Shown: positions 12,443 to 25,775 of the stretch, piece by piece
Layout: each line of letters begins with the position of its first letter
Position numbering within the stretch: position 1 is the first letter of the stretch
NCBI GenBank assembly: GCA_003427395.1
Contig: BFEA01000004.1
Location: forward strand, 2,927,605-2,991,604
Reading direction: 5' to 3'
Length of the DNA: 64,000 bases
Source of the DNA: Chara braunii
Taxonomy: Eukaryota > Plantae > Charophyceae
The notes under the pieces: generated by a model
The model's database searches: none
What the model saw: the letters and a program-made list of their open reading frames with translations, nothing else
Told to the model about the DNA's origin: nothing
Position numbers and translations under genes: made by a program

Positions 12443-13622
12443 CTAAACACTAGCATAATTGTGTTGAGGGTACTTGTAGAAAGGTTTTTGCTATAGACGT
12501 GCTATCCATTGCTGTCGTACTTGGCTAACTTGCCCACTCTATACGATGATGCGATTCATTGCCATCGTACTTGGTTGAATCCGCCACCCTGTACTTTGTT
12601 GAATCCGCCACCCTTCTCGGGCCCTTAACTAGCAGAGGACAGTTTCCTGATCGGTTTCTCTCCGTCCGTACGTGTGTGTGTGTGTGTGTGTATGTGGGTG
12701 CGCGCACGTGGACGTTTAAGGCTACGACAGGTGGTGGAAGCACTCTGCCAACGGGACAGGGACATGTAAAGATGTGTTATGTGATATCCACTGTCCAGTG
12801 CAAATAGTAGACAAGAACACTGTATAAAGCCGTTGAAAATAGGGTGATAGAGGGGTTCAATGGTTCATTGTGCTAGAAGAAAGGGTGGCTACAACACCTC
12901 TGCAGTTCGTTGTGGGAAGAAGACTGATAAGTTTTGTTGAGGTGAATGCATGAGGGAATGGTGCTGAAGAGTTCAATGGCCTCAGTGGCCTGCGGTTGGA
13001 CAAGACGTTAGGTGGACTGGTCAGCTTCTATTTCCTATTTTTTGCGATTGGGATTGGTTGTAGCTCTGTAGTGGTTTTGGCGTTCGAAACCGACTCTCGA
13101 TGTTTGAGCACTGTACTCGTCTTGGCTATTGAGAAGTGCTCTTGCGATGTTTGCTACCTTCATTGTGAAGATGGAGGGTGTAGATGTTGATATGGCTGTC
13201 AATAATCGTCTTCCCGATGATGAAGGAAGAACATGATTGGGACTGGGAAGAGCTGCAGCCTAAAGGAGGCGGTCGGTCATTGTCGATCTTCCGCCAGCTG
13301 GTTGACAGTTTGGGGGGATTGTATTACATTACACATGTTAAACAGTGTTAACTTTTTTTGTCCTTTGGTTTTGAATGACAAAAAGTGGTAGTACTACAGT
13401 ACCACTACTACAATACCTGGAAATGGAATTCTAGTATTGCTTTCTCAGCCGTTGTGTGGGTGGGTTTGGATTCTTTGGAAAATGAAACCTTCCCGCGATG
13501 AAACCTTTGTATCAATGTATCCATTTCCCCGCAACCAATCCAACCCCCCTTCCCCCCCTACTCCCGCTGCCACTCTCTCTCTCTCTCACACACACACACA
13601 CATGACATTTTGATTGTTTGTT

Positions 13623-13687
<65 letters not shown>

Positions 13688-13775
13688 GTGGGTCGGTGCC
13701 CGTTGTATTCGGTGGAAGTCCGAAGAAACAGTGCAGTAGTGCTTTTTTTGTTGAAGGTGTGCATATCGTAAGTGA

Positions 13776-13806
<31 letters not shown>

Positions 13807-14157
13807 TGCGTGTGCGCCCGCGCAAGAGAGAGAGAGAGAGAGAGGGCAGGTGGGGATGGCCGCTGCTTAGGAAATAGAAAGGCTACTGGCTTACCTGTTC
13901 GCAGGCCACCTTCCTGCTCTTTTGAACACCAGATCACGGGCCAGGGGAAGACCCTAGGCCATGGGCCACATAGAAAACAAAACTGCAGTTTGAATCTTGG
14001 AGGCACGGACTTTTCCGCAATGCTTAGTTTCAAGTGCAGTTCGAATGTCGGGCCTGACTGGACTGCACAAACGTGTTTCGACTGCATTTTCGAACTGTTT
14101 TTGTGACCGCCGCGTAATTACCCCAAAAATGAAAAATGTCAGTTTTGACGAAATTGC

Positions 14158-14239
<82 letters not shown>

Positions 14240-14256
14240 CACTCTCACGGAATGGG

Positions 14257-14332
<76 letters not shown>

Positions 14333-14795
14333 AAAGAACGTGAGCATGGCTGCCATGGCCCTATGCAAGGGGGCCTGGTACAATCGTGGAGAGAAAAAAA
14401 TGAAAACATAGAAAACGAGAAAGAAAGAGGGTTCTTTTTGTTTTTTTTTTCCCGTATAGACAGTTATATGCATATATATATATATATTATTCACATAATA
14501 TATATAATATGTATTCTGCATTCGGTCTGACCAGCGCCCCCCAAAAATTGTCGGGACTCGGGAGCCATTTCGTCAGTTTGACGGGCCCCGTCGGGCATGT
14601 CAAGAAACAGCCGGAGGCCCGGAAGGGCAACTGGGGCCCGGGGTTACACTGGCTGGCGGGTGGCCCGTGCTGCATGATATGTTTAGTAGGGTTGGAAGGC
14701 TTGTAGGCACATAGGCTCGACAAAGCATGTACTAGGCATGANNNNNNNNNNNNNNNNNNNNNNNNNNNNNNNNNNNNNNNNNNNNNNNNNNNNNN

Positions 14796-14830
<35 letters not shown>

Positions 14831-15025
14831 CATCTGAAAACAGCATTTATAAGCCCGCCCAAATTTCAATTTCTTTTTTTTTTTAGTTGCTTCCGGAAGG
14901 GGACGCCATGTGCAGGCGATGCGCGCGACCCGTTTTCGGGTGCGCGGCTCCGCCTGCGTGTGACGCAGCTGCAAAATTGCTCGGCTGCGCAGCCCTCGGC
15001 CGGGGACGAGGCCGCAGGTTCCGCG

Positions 15026-17760
15026 TGTGATGCACTAACCTCACGCCCTGTGCTGTCTTTCGTTCGGAATGCTAGATGTGCGGAAAGAGACCCAGAAAAA
15101 CAGCAAGATGGGGTGTGCCAAGGATTTTTGGAATTTGAGTGAGGGGAAACAGAAGGAACTCAAATCCCCCGTGTTGGTCCGATGAAGTAAGTAGATCGTT
15201 TTTCGCGTGGCGCTAATTGCGCGCGCGGAAGTTTGGCGCGAGAGGAGTAAGAAAAACAATTCAATCCAAAAAATAGTGTTGGACTTCCCACCTGGCTAAG
15301 ACCCGTCGTTTAGAACAAAAGGGCTTCGGCACGCTTCGCGTGTATCGCTTTCGTATCAAGTCCCGTCGTCGTCCAATGACCAGTTCTGAATCCGATGTGG
15401 AGGGTCTTAATTGCGTTGCTCTTTCTCTATGTTCGTCCTCACTCCGCACACGGTAGAGGAAACCCCTGGATTCGTAGCGCTCAAAGCGCAGGCATTCGGT
15501 GCATAGGGTGCGCGGCCAATGGGGTTCTACTGCCGTCCACGGGATGATGACCAACTCGTTGAATGGCAACAATATCGAGTAAGGCGGAAAGTGCGTATCG
15601 ATAATGACAAACCCAACCTCTACGAATCCTGAACAATGGTTTGCCGGAGGGAAGTAGTATCGTCCGCCGATTTGTGCGACAGCTTCTTATGTCCCACTCG
15701 CATACACGTGTCCTTTCCTCGTTGTAGGGAAAAGGCCGTGTTGAGACGGGAGATACGGGAAGCTGGCGCCCGATCGAAGGGTGCTTGTCAGTCCACATAT
15801 CAATCAATTGCAAAAATCCCGAGACATCATCAAGAAAAGAAAACACTCGCGCAACCCCCAATCAATCCTTTTCGACCCGAGAGAGAGAGAGGGAAAAAAA
15901 AAACATTCATCAGCTTCATCATGCATGTAACTAAGGGACCGACCCGCGACTCAGGTTTCCGTAAGCCACCGCGGTGTTGATCCCAGGCGCCTTATTTCTC
16001 GAGGCTACCCTGTAGATTGGCTGCAGATGTCGTGCAGCATAAGGCAGATGGCATGCGCCGTGAATTCAAAACTACAGATTTAAACACTCTTGCACTCTCG
16101 AACAAAATCCTATTGGGGGTTGCGTCTAATCAACAAGAAAAGACGCGCATCTTCATACATACATTCACTGTGGAAGGTGCGAAAATGACATGGGTATACG
16201 AGTGAGAAATCAACCGAGGGAATGGTACACACGCATCCACCGTTCACAAGACAAGAGGAGCAATTCCTCGACATATGGGGATTACCCAGGAAACTAATGA
16301 AAGAGTTCCGGAAGAAGTTCTTTCACACAGGAAAGCACAAAGATTCATTTTCATCCAAGGGGGAAACAAACACTAAGACACATCATCATTCAAAGATAGA
16401 AGAGAGAGAGAGGGAGATGAGGGAGGAAAGTCGAGAAAGGAGATGACAAGATCCGAAAGAAGGAAGTTCGGCGTTGCCGCCGTACACTCACGCCAGAGAT
16501 AAAGATCCGCAACAACAAAGGCGCATTCGCTGTTAATTCCAATATGATCCCGGGCCAATCACTCACTCAACTCCAATCAATCGGTCCTCATGCTCGCACC
16601 GACGATCCCGACCGTCGCGTGCCAACTCCCACCACTGCGATCGTCATCCCGCCGACGTAAACTCGACGCGGTTCGCCCAGATCCCACAGTCCGTTGTGGC
16701 GATCAAGCGCTCAACCGGCCAGCCTATCGTCAGCCCGACAGGACTTTCGGAATCGCACCAAACACTCTGCCTAGCCACTGCTTCCCAGACGCTGGCTTAG
16801 GAGTCGAGAACGAAAGAGAGATTTGCGGGCTCACTTGCGGAATTTATACCAGCGAGGAGGGAGACAAGGGAGGGAGAATGCAGGGGGAAAGTCGAAGTGT
16901 AAGAGGAGAAGCAGGAAGAGAAGACTTTGAGAAGAGCGCTTCGTGGAAGCCATGTTGATCCTTCGCAACTTGGCGATTGGCCAATCAAACTCGTCGCGCA
17001 ATAGGCAGATCCTACCGTACCACGCGTCTGATTGGTGGGCGAGAGTAATCTAAGGATCCACCGGACTTCGCGAGCTTTGCTCGAAGGGCGAGAAAAGAAA
17101 AGGCGCGAGAAGTAGCGCGAGACGGGTCTAAGATTCTGACGATCAACAAGGGGAAATGAGCGCACAAAGAGTAGAGCGGGAGAGAGAGAGAGAGGGAGAA
17201 AAACAGTTACGAGGAGAGAGGAAGAGGAGGGGGAAGGAAAAAGGAGCGCGGGAGAGAGCGATGCGGGGGACAGAAAGGAGAAAGCTTTGCATGCGAGGCG
17301 CCGTCAACAAAAAGAGAAAAAGGCACCGAAACAGTTACCGCTTGCCTACATCCTAAACCAATTCAGAATTGAAATCACCATATCCGCGCGTGAAAGAGCG
17401 ACGCGGGAAAAGAAAGTCCTACGCCTATTCGTATCCCCACAAAATTCCAAGAGTTTTCCCCAACGCGACCGAGAACATTCACACACAAAAAGGACACGTC
17501 GAAGTTCCGCTTATCCCGGAATTTCCAACTGCCGGGCCCAATTCCCAGTGCACTCGCTAAGGCACACGTCAATTCCTATGTATTTCCCAAATTGCAAAAA
17601 AAAAAAGCAGAACCCGGGAATCGTAAAAGCTTCCGAAAGATGGGGGCCCAAAACGCGGCACCCAAAATCAAGAAAACGAAATGGGGTTTTTATGGGGTTG
17701 GTATGATACAAGCAAAAAGGGTACGAAAGATAGCACGGGTTCGGGAAGTAGTTCGTCACA
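15026..17760 (-). repeat. 3' LTR
   Basis: Termini tgtga...tcaca. Direct repeat of 23061-25775. Confidence 0.9.
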
Positions 17761-18120
17761 TATGTGACGCACAGGGGGTTCCAAAATTATGCCATCTCCT
17801 GATTGCATGCTCGGTGGAGAAGGGGAGAGAGAGAGAGAGAACAGAGTGATGAATGAGGAACCAAGCGTATCAACAGACAATCCAGCCAGAGTCCATGCCA
17901 ACTTCAGTTGCAATCTTTTGTTGGCTCGTGCTGCTCGAATCATCGATGGTCGTCCAGGTGACGCCATCATCGTCCGCCTATGAAACACCCGCGGACGCGT
18001 CCACGGGGTCAAGCTCGGAGGGCGGCTGTGATCACGGCCGCCGCAGCTCCGGCCGCGGTTGGGTGCGGCCGCGACTTTCAGGAAATTTTTATGAGGCAAT
18101 TTTTTATCAAAAAATAAAAT

Positions 18121-18640
18121 AAAAAATGGGGTTGTAGATCTTTTCGAGATCTAAATTGCGCAATTTTTTATTTCATTTTTTGACTTCGTCTTCAAATTTT
18201 AAAAATTCAAAATTTAATTTTCCTCAGGCAAAAGCTGTTTTTTTTTTTTTCCAAAAAAAAAACATGAAATGTATGTGATTTTTTATTTTAAATTCCGTAA
18301 CGGTTTTGGATATGACCACCAGGCAAACGTTGTTCAATATATTTTTCTGCATAACATTTTTTTTTTAAAAAAACAAAACAAAAAATATGGGGTTGTAGAT
18401 CTTTTCAAAATCTAAATTGCGCAATTTTTTATTTTATTTTTTGACTTCGTCTTCGAATTTTAAAAATTCAAAAACTAATTTTCTTGAGGCAAAAACTGTT
18501 TGGTTTTTTTTTTCCAAAAAAAAAACATGAAACGTATGTGATTTTTTATTTTAAATTCCGTAACGGTTTTGGATATGACCACCAGGCAAACGTTGTTCAG
18601 TATATTTTTCTGCATAACAATTTTTTTTTTTTAGAATTTT
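18121..18640. repeat. AT-rich tandem duplication, ~265 bp x2
   Basis: atggggttgtagatcttttc...gaccaccaggcaaacgttgttc occurs twice. Confidence 0.8.
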
Positions 18641-19154
18641 CAGAATTTTTTTTTTTTTTTTTTTTTTTTTCATGGCCACGGACCGCGGACACGGCCGGGG
18701 ACCAGGCAAACGTTTTTTCATGGCCACAGACCGCGGACACGGCCACGGCCGCGGACTTGTCCCCGGATGGCCGGCGCCGAGGGGGATTCGTAGTCATCCG
18801 CCGGTTCTCCGTGTGCTCTGCACCCCTGTTTGTCGCTGTCCGTCGAATGAGAGCGTAGGTTTACGTCATCGTCGCTGGCGTGATCTTCGTGAAGCTTACT
18901 GATTCCTGTCGCTTTCCGCTGCCGATTAGATGAAGAGAGGAGGAGGGGGGGGGGAATAGTCATGTGATCGGGATCTACCGCCTAGTTGGAATCGGCTAGT
19001 AGAGGCAGTACATGGAGGGGATCTCACGGGGACGACGGGGAGGAAGTGGGGGTAGGTAGTGATTCATCCCTTCTACCGTCACCGGAAGCTCCTCATATCG
19101 GATGATCCGGTGGAAGCGAGGAAAGCGATCGCCGCTATGAGGGAGGGAAGCGAG

Positions 19155-20957
19155 TTAATCGCGATAGAAGGAGAAGTGGGTGCGGAGGAGCGCCGCTCGA
19201 AAGAACTCGTAGTGGCGACATGCGGGGATTGTCCTCGTGGCTACGCAGTAGACTTCTACCACGTTGCATCGCTCCCACGCAGCGCTAGACAACAGAATAT
19301 GCCAACAGAACGTGGGGGCAGAGGGCTGAAGGGATGGGTGGGGGTAGACGGTAGCGAGAAGGCGGGTAGAGTAGAAATCGTGGAAGAGATTGGGAAGGAA
19401 GGGATGGAGGGGGAAGGTGACGGGGGTGCGAATCAGTTCGAGGGTGAGAAAATCAAGGGGACGGTGGGATAACTTCCGTGGACGAAGGCCTATCGCCCGC
19501 ATTGGTACATGGGCGAATTGGGGGACGGGTGGGGCTGGAGGAGGAGGGGGATCTACTCCGTCTCCGTCGTGAGGTGGTTGGGGTGGCGGCTGCGGGGTCG
19601 CCATCTTCGGGCTTCGGCGGCTCCGGATTCCTGGTCGGATCGTCACTGATGCACAGGCTTGCTTCGCTAGCTAACTCCAGTTGGCGCTTCCCGGTGGCAA
19701 TTTCTTCCCGCTTGCGTGCGGCCTTAGGGTCTTCCGCCTCCGTGCCCGTGCGTGCGGCTTCCTCCGGCAGGGCTTCCGACTCGAATCCGGTTTCTTCTTC
19801 CTCCTTTTCTTCTTCACTCACTTCGCCCTCGCTATACTCGCTATAGCTTCCCTCCTCCGACGTTTCCTCGTCGTCGTCTTCTTCGTCGTCGTCGATCACC
19901 ACTTCCTCCGCCTTCGGATAGAAGGCGTGAGGGATGATGTCGTAAGGCTTCAGATACTCCTGTCGAAATGGTAGCGTATCTTCGTCACTCGGCTCCTCCA
20001 AGCACGCAGTCCACTGAAGGTACGGATCCAACGACTGCTCGAGAACGTACGGAGCGGGGCTGTCGTCATTTTGCGAAAAGATGTCGGGCGAGAGATCGTC
20101 CGCCAATTGCACGATCGGCGAGATTAGCTCCTGCGCAATCAACTGGCGACGACCCGGCCGTACCGATCCAAAGAGAAAGCCGAGAAGATCGCCCTCCACG
20201 TTGGTCCTCCAAGCTTCTATGATCAGCAACTCCAAATTTTCGATCCACGGAGGATGCTCGCTTGTTTGCGTCCACGTCACCTGTACTTGGGCCAAGCACA
20301 CAGACAACTCGTCAAAAGTTTCGCGCCACAGTCGCCAATGCGCAGGATTAATGAGCGGGACAGAAAGAGGTTTGAACAAGAAGGAAAGAGAAGGATGAAG
20401 ATCGGACTGCCAGAAGGTGGGGAAAAGAGAGGGGAGACCAAAGATGGAGAGAGGAGCGAGAGGAACAACGTGGTTCATTGGGGGCGTGGGAAAGGGACGA
20501 GGGTGGGGATTGGAATCGGCGGCTCGCGCGGAGAGCGGCGGATCTCACCAAGATCCGGCGCAGAGGTCGGGATGAGGTTGTGCCCTGGTCGGGCAAGACC
20601 GTGCTGCCACACGTTGGACACTTGCTCCGTCCACTCTCGCAGTGAGGTCAAGATCACCGTATGCCACTGTGGATTGACCGAACTGATGTCGCCGCTGAAA
20701 GCCGCGACCGTGGTCACGTGGCTCGTTCCAGGAGCCGCTCGCCGATGAACTGTGATTACTTCCGCCAATACCACTGCCTGTGAATTCCCTTTGATTCGAA
20801 ACGCGTTGGCGACACACACACCTACGTCGCAGAAGAACTGTGTCAAACGCCGAAGATCCGTATGAAGCCGTGGATGACGAACTTGTCGAATTTCCGAGAT
20901 GTGGCCACGTGGCTGCAACAACTGTTCATCAAGAGCCCACTCCGTGATGAAACTCAT
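19155..20957 (-). CDS. Additional element-borne ORF(s) of unknown function, fragmented (160, 341 and 163 aa frames)
   Basis: Consecutive or overlapping minus-strand ORFs 20475-20957, 19453-20478 and 19155-19646 with a globular-looking segment and an acidic tract. No recognisable TE domain. Confidence 0.5.
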
Positions 20958-21269
20958 GGCGAGGTCGGAGAGGAAGACGAAGGGCAGGAGGGAGAGAGCG
21001 GAGAGAGAGTTAGATCGTGGTTGTTCTCCTCGCTTCCCGAGGAGGAAGAGAGAGGAAGATCAGGGGGAGGAAGAGGACGAAGGTAGGAGGTATGTCGAAC
21101 GATGGGGACAGAGCTATGGCTGGCACTAGCCTTAAGCGCGATGCGCACAATGTTGGCGCCCTTAGGACCGAGCCCGACAATCGATATCTGTTGTGTCCGC
21201 ACTGACTCCCTGAAAGAGGCGCTCTACTTCCGTTGGTACTATCGTGTTTGGTCCTTGTATTGGGGCCGC

Positions 21270-21510
21270 GATCAGCGGCACAGACGGAACAGTTGGCGAC
21301 AATGTATCTGACATCATCTCGTATGTTGGACCAGAACCATCGGTTCTGGTCTATAGTTGCCTTCGTGACACGTATCGCGAAATGAGCGGCCCGTTCTTCG
21401 TGAGCCGGTCGGATCCAATCATATCTCTGGAATGGATGGGGAACCCTTAACCATGAACCCGATCCGTTAGTTTTACGCTTCTCCAAATGACCATTTATCC
21501 ACCGACAGTC
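21270..21510 (-). pseudogene. Isolated integrase N-terminal zinc-binding (HHCC) domain
   Basis: AHEERAAHFAIRVTKATIDQNRWFWSNIRDDVRYIVANCSVC. No DDE core follows. Confidence 0.75.
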
Positions 21511-21529
21511 CCGAGATCTCTCGGTTGCC

Positions 21530-22966
21530 CTACGTCTGTCGTGTTTGTCGAGGTGACCCAATGATAATCCCGCTAATTTCGCCAATAAAATTTATCCGTC
21601 CAAACCTCCGCTCGTCGGTATTTTTCGTCGTATTCAGGGTCGTCCGTACAGGCGGGCTCGAATCGAACCTCCGTGGGGGCTGATCGGATCGCCCGATCAT
21701 GCCCGCTAGATGAAGATACTGGAGTGGATCGACCACGTCAGCAGCGTCAGAGGAAGAAGATCCCGATGTTGACGTTATTGCCGTTGAGAGGGAAGGCTGC
21801 TCATATGCCACGAGTTCTTCTCCTTGGGCCGTGTCCATCAATGCGGTCATTCGTCCTTGGTTTAGAGCAACAGGGGCCGTAGCCGGCGGGGGTTGATTAC
21901 GTTTTGGCTGCAAACAGTCCCGAGCAAAATGTCCAGGCTGTTTGCAGTTAAAACACTCGATCTTTGCTGCTGGGTTAGCCGGGTGAGGGAACTGTGCGGG
22001 ATAACCAGGTGCAGGCGGGGCAGGCAAGAGAGGAAATGACGTGGGGGCCGGTCGAGCAGGGGTCGGGTTAAGCTTAATTAGCTTGCTCATTATTTATTTC
22101 ATCCGCTCCATGTGAGCTGCCTGCATTTGAACCAGGTTGCTCTTCCATTCAGATTGCTTAGCAGTGGCCATATGGATCATTTGGGCAAGATGCAGGTTTG
22201 TTACGGCCGGCGAGGGAGGTTCGTGGGAGATTCTGCTCTTAACTGCCGCTTTCGGTTGATCCGTTGGGGGAGAGGAAGAAGAAACCGGCAGGATATCGGA
22301 AGCGATCCCGTCGGGAAGGTCATGGTCGGGGCGGGGATGAAACCGTTCTACCGCCCGCAACCATGATCGCCTTTTAGCTGTTACATCCTATATGGTATCT
22401 ATAATATCTTTGTCTCCCTGACTGATATATTTTTTTATATCAGCCAGATTCAGTTCCAACGCTTTAGCGATGATAGCAGATAGCTGGTGTGTCTTCGGCG
22501 GGACCTTTTTCTGTAACTTCTCTCTCAACGTCGGACTTCGTAGATGATCAATGAACAAATCTCGATTGGACTTCTCGTCTCGCCTCGATTTGTCCATCGT
22601 GGTTTGAAATCTATCCACGAAATCGGGTAGCAATTCCCCTGGTCCTTGTGGCCGAGTTTTGAGCACGTACCAGGCGGCATCTTCACTGACCGTACCGAAT
22701 CGAGCCAAGAATGCTTGTTTGAAAGTATTCCAATCTACCCATGTATGCTTTCTAAACCAGTCATATGACGTATTATGGAGTAGCAAGGTAAGAACGCGTG
22801 GAAGATCACCCGCGCTATATCCTTGAGCTTCAACGGCTTCCAGCCAAGCTTCAGGGTGGGTATGGTTAGGGAAGAAGGGGAAAGGGGCAGGGATACTAAC
22901 GATCACCCTATTACCATCTACCATTGGTATAGCTGGTATAGCCGCACCAGATATAGATCTGGTCAC
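21530..22966 (-). pseudogene. gag: Retrotransposon Gag (capsid-like region plus CCHC zinc knuckle), interrupted by stops
   Basis: PEAWLEAVE...YDWF...WNTFKQAFLARFG...QGPGE...FVDRF and CFNCKQPGHFARDC. Confidence 0.8.
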
Positions 22967-23048
22967 AGGACGATCTCGGTGAGCGGGTGGGGGACTTCTT
23001 CTACCTCTCGCCAGTTCGACTTACTATCATCAGAACCGACACGTGTCG

Positions 23049-23060
23049 GCTCCGATACCA
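23049..23060 (-). promoter_or_regulatory. Primer binding site, initiator tRNA-Met type
   Basis: Minus strand TGGTATCGGAGC versus canonical TGGTATCAGAGC, adjoining the 5' LTR. Confidence 0.85.
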
Positions 23061-25775
23061 ACCTCATGCCCTGTGCCGTCTTTCGTTCGGAGTGCTAGAT
23101 GTGCAGAAAGAGGCCCAGAAAAACAGCAAGATGGGGTGTGCCAAGGATTTTTGGAATTTGAGTGTGGGGACACCTACGGAACTAAAATCCCCCGTGTTGG
23201 TCCGACGAAGTAAGTCGATCGTTTTTCGCACGACGTTAATTATGCGCGCGAAAGTTTGGTGCGAGAGGAGTGAGAAATACAAATTCAATCCAAAAAATAT
23301 TGTCGGACTTCCCACCTGGCTACAGCCCATCGTTTAGAACAGAAGGGCTTCGGCACGCTTCGTGTGTCTCGCTTTCGTATCAAGTCCCGTCGTCGTTCAA
23401 TGACCAGTTCTGAATCCGACGTGGAGGGTCTTAATCGCGTGGCTCTTTCTCTATGTTCGTCCTCACTCCGCACATGGTAGTGGAAACCCCTGGATTCGTA
23501 GCGCTCAAAGCGCTGACATTCGGTTCATAGGGTGCGCGACCAATGGGGTTCTACTGCCGTCCATGGGATGACAATCAACTCGTTGAATGACAACAATATC
23601 GAGTAAGGTGGAAAGTGCGTATCGATAATGACAAACCCAGCCTCTACGAACCCTGAACAACGGTTTGCCGGAGGAAAGTAATATTGACCGCCGATTTGTG
23701 CGACAGCTTCTTGTACGTCCCACTCACATACACGTGTCCTTTCCTCGTTGTAGGGAAAAGGCCGTGTTGAGACAAGAGATACAGGAGGATGGCGTCCGAT
23801 CGAAGGGTGCAGTCCACATATCAATCAATTGCAAAAATCCCGAGACGTCATCAAGAAAAGAAAACACTTACGCAACCCCCAATCAATCATTTTTGACCCG
23901 AGAGAGAGAGAGAGAAAAAGAAAACATTCATCAGCTTGATCATGCATGTAACTAAGGGACCAACCCGGGACTCAGGTTTCTGTAAGCCACCGTGGTGTTG
24001 ATCCCAGACGCCTTATTTCTCGAGGTTGCCCTGTACATCGGCTGCAGATGTCGTGAAGCATAAGGCAAATGGCATGCGTCGTGAATTCAGAACTACAGAT
24101 CTAAACACTCTTGCATTCTCGAACAAAATCATGTTGGGGGTTGCGTCTAATCAACAGGAAAAGACACGCATCTTCATACATACATTCACTGTGGAAAGTG
24201 CAAAAATGACATGGGTATACGAGTGAGAAATCAACCAAGGGAATGGTACACACACCTCCACCATTCACAAGACAAGAGAAACAATTCCTCGGCATATGGG
24301 GATTACCCAGGAAACTAATGGAAGAGTTCCGGAAGAAGTTCTTTCACAGCGGAAAGCACACAGATTCATTTGCATCCAAGGGGGAAACAAACACTGAGAC
24401 ACATCATCATTCAAAGATAGAAGAGAGAGAGAGGGAGATGAGGGAGGAAAGTCGAGATAGGAGATGACAAGATCCGAAAAGAAGGAAGTTCGGCGTTGCC
24501 GCCGTGCACTCACGCCAGAGATAAAGATCCGCAACAACAAAGGCGCATTCGCCGTTAATTCCAATATGGCCCCGGGCCAATCACTCACTCAACTCCAATC
24601 AATCGGTCCTCATGCCCGCACCGATGATCCCGACCGTCGCGTGCCAACTCCCACCACTGCGATCGTCAGCCCGCCGATATAAACTCGACGCGGTTCGCCC
24701 AGATCCCACATTCCGTTGTGGCGATCAAGCGCGCAACCGGCCAGCCTATCGTCAGCCCAACAGGACTTTCCGACTCGCACCAAACACTCTGTGTAGCCAC
24801 TGCTTCCTGGACGCTGGCTCAGGATTCGAGAACGTAAGAGAGATTTGCGGGCTCGCTTGCGGAATTTATAGCAGCGAGGAGGGAGACAAGGGAGGGAGAA
24901 TGCAGGGGGAAAGTCGAAGTGTAAGAGGAGAAGCAGGAAGAGAAGACTTTGAGAAGAGCGCTTCGTGGAAGCCATGTTGATCCTTTACAACTTGGCGATT
25001 GGCCAATCAGACTCGTCGCGCAATAGGCAGATCCTACCGTACCACGCGTCTGATTGGTGGGCGAGAGTAATCGAAGGATCGACCGGACTTGGCAAGCTTT
25101 GCTCGAAGGGCGAGAAAAGAAAAGGCGCGAGAAGAAGCGCGAGACGGGTCTAAGATTCAGACGATCAAGAAGGGGAAATGGGCGCGCAAAGAGTAGAGCG
25201 GGAGAGAGAGAGAGAGGGAGAAAAACAGTTTTGAGGAGAGAGGAAGAGGAGGGGGGAGGAAAAAGAAGCGCGGGAGAGAGCAATGCGGGGGACAGAGAGG
25301 AGACAGCTTTGCATGCGCGGCGCCGTCAACAAAAAGAGAAAAAGGCACCGAAACAGTTACAGCTTGCCTACATCCTAAACCAATTCAAAATTGAAATCAC
25401 CATATCCGCGCGCGAAAGAGCGACGCGGGAAAAGAAAGTCCTACGCCTATTCGTATCCCCACAAAATTCAGAGAGTTTTCCCCAACGCGACCGAGAACAT
25501 TCACACACAAAAAGGACACGTCGAAGTTTCTCTTATCCCGGAATTCCCAACTGCCGGGCCCAATTCCCAGTGCGCTCGCTAAGGCGCACGTAAATTCCTA
25601 TGTATTTCCCGAATTGCAAAAAGAAAAAGCAGAACCCGGGAATCGTAAAAGCTTCCAAAAGATGGGGGCCCAAAATGCACCCGAAATCAAGAAAACGAAA
25701 TGGGGTTTTTATGGGGTTGGTATGATACAAGCAAAAAGGGTACGAAAGATAGCACGGGTTCGGGAAGTAGTTCGT
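23061..25775 (-). repeat. 5' LTR (both termini clipped)
   Basis: Direct repeat of 15038-17756. It lacks the terminal caca and the ~12 nt next to the PBS. Confidence 0.9.

Larger units (their letters stand above)
2590..14741 (+). repeat. Segmental tandem duplication, unit A
   Basis: Colinear with 14796-30960. Both start (T)n-aacacatctgaaaac, share the SINE and CAP gene, and end at aaagcatgtactaggcatga. Confidence 0.9.
15026..25775 (-). mobile_element. Non-autonomous Ty3/gypsy-type LTR retrotransposon
   Basis: ~2.7-kb LTRs at 15026-17760 and 23061-25775, iMet-type PBS, gag with zinc knuckle, and integrase HHCC domain only. Absent from unit A at the homologous site (8521). Confidence 0.85.

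Noticed and set aside
23010-23035. Hammerhead at minus-strand CTGATGA
   Set aside because: No stem II or GAAA at the proper spacing.
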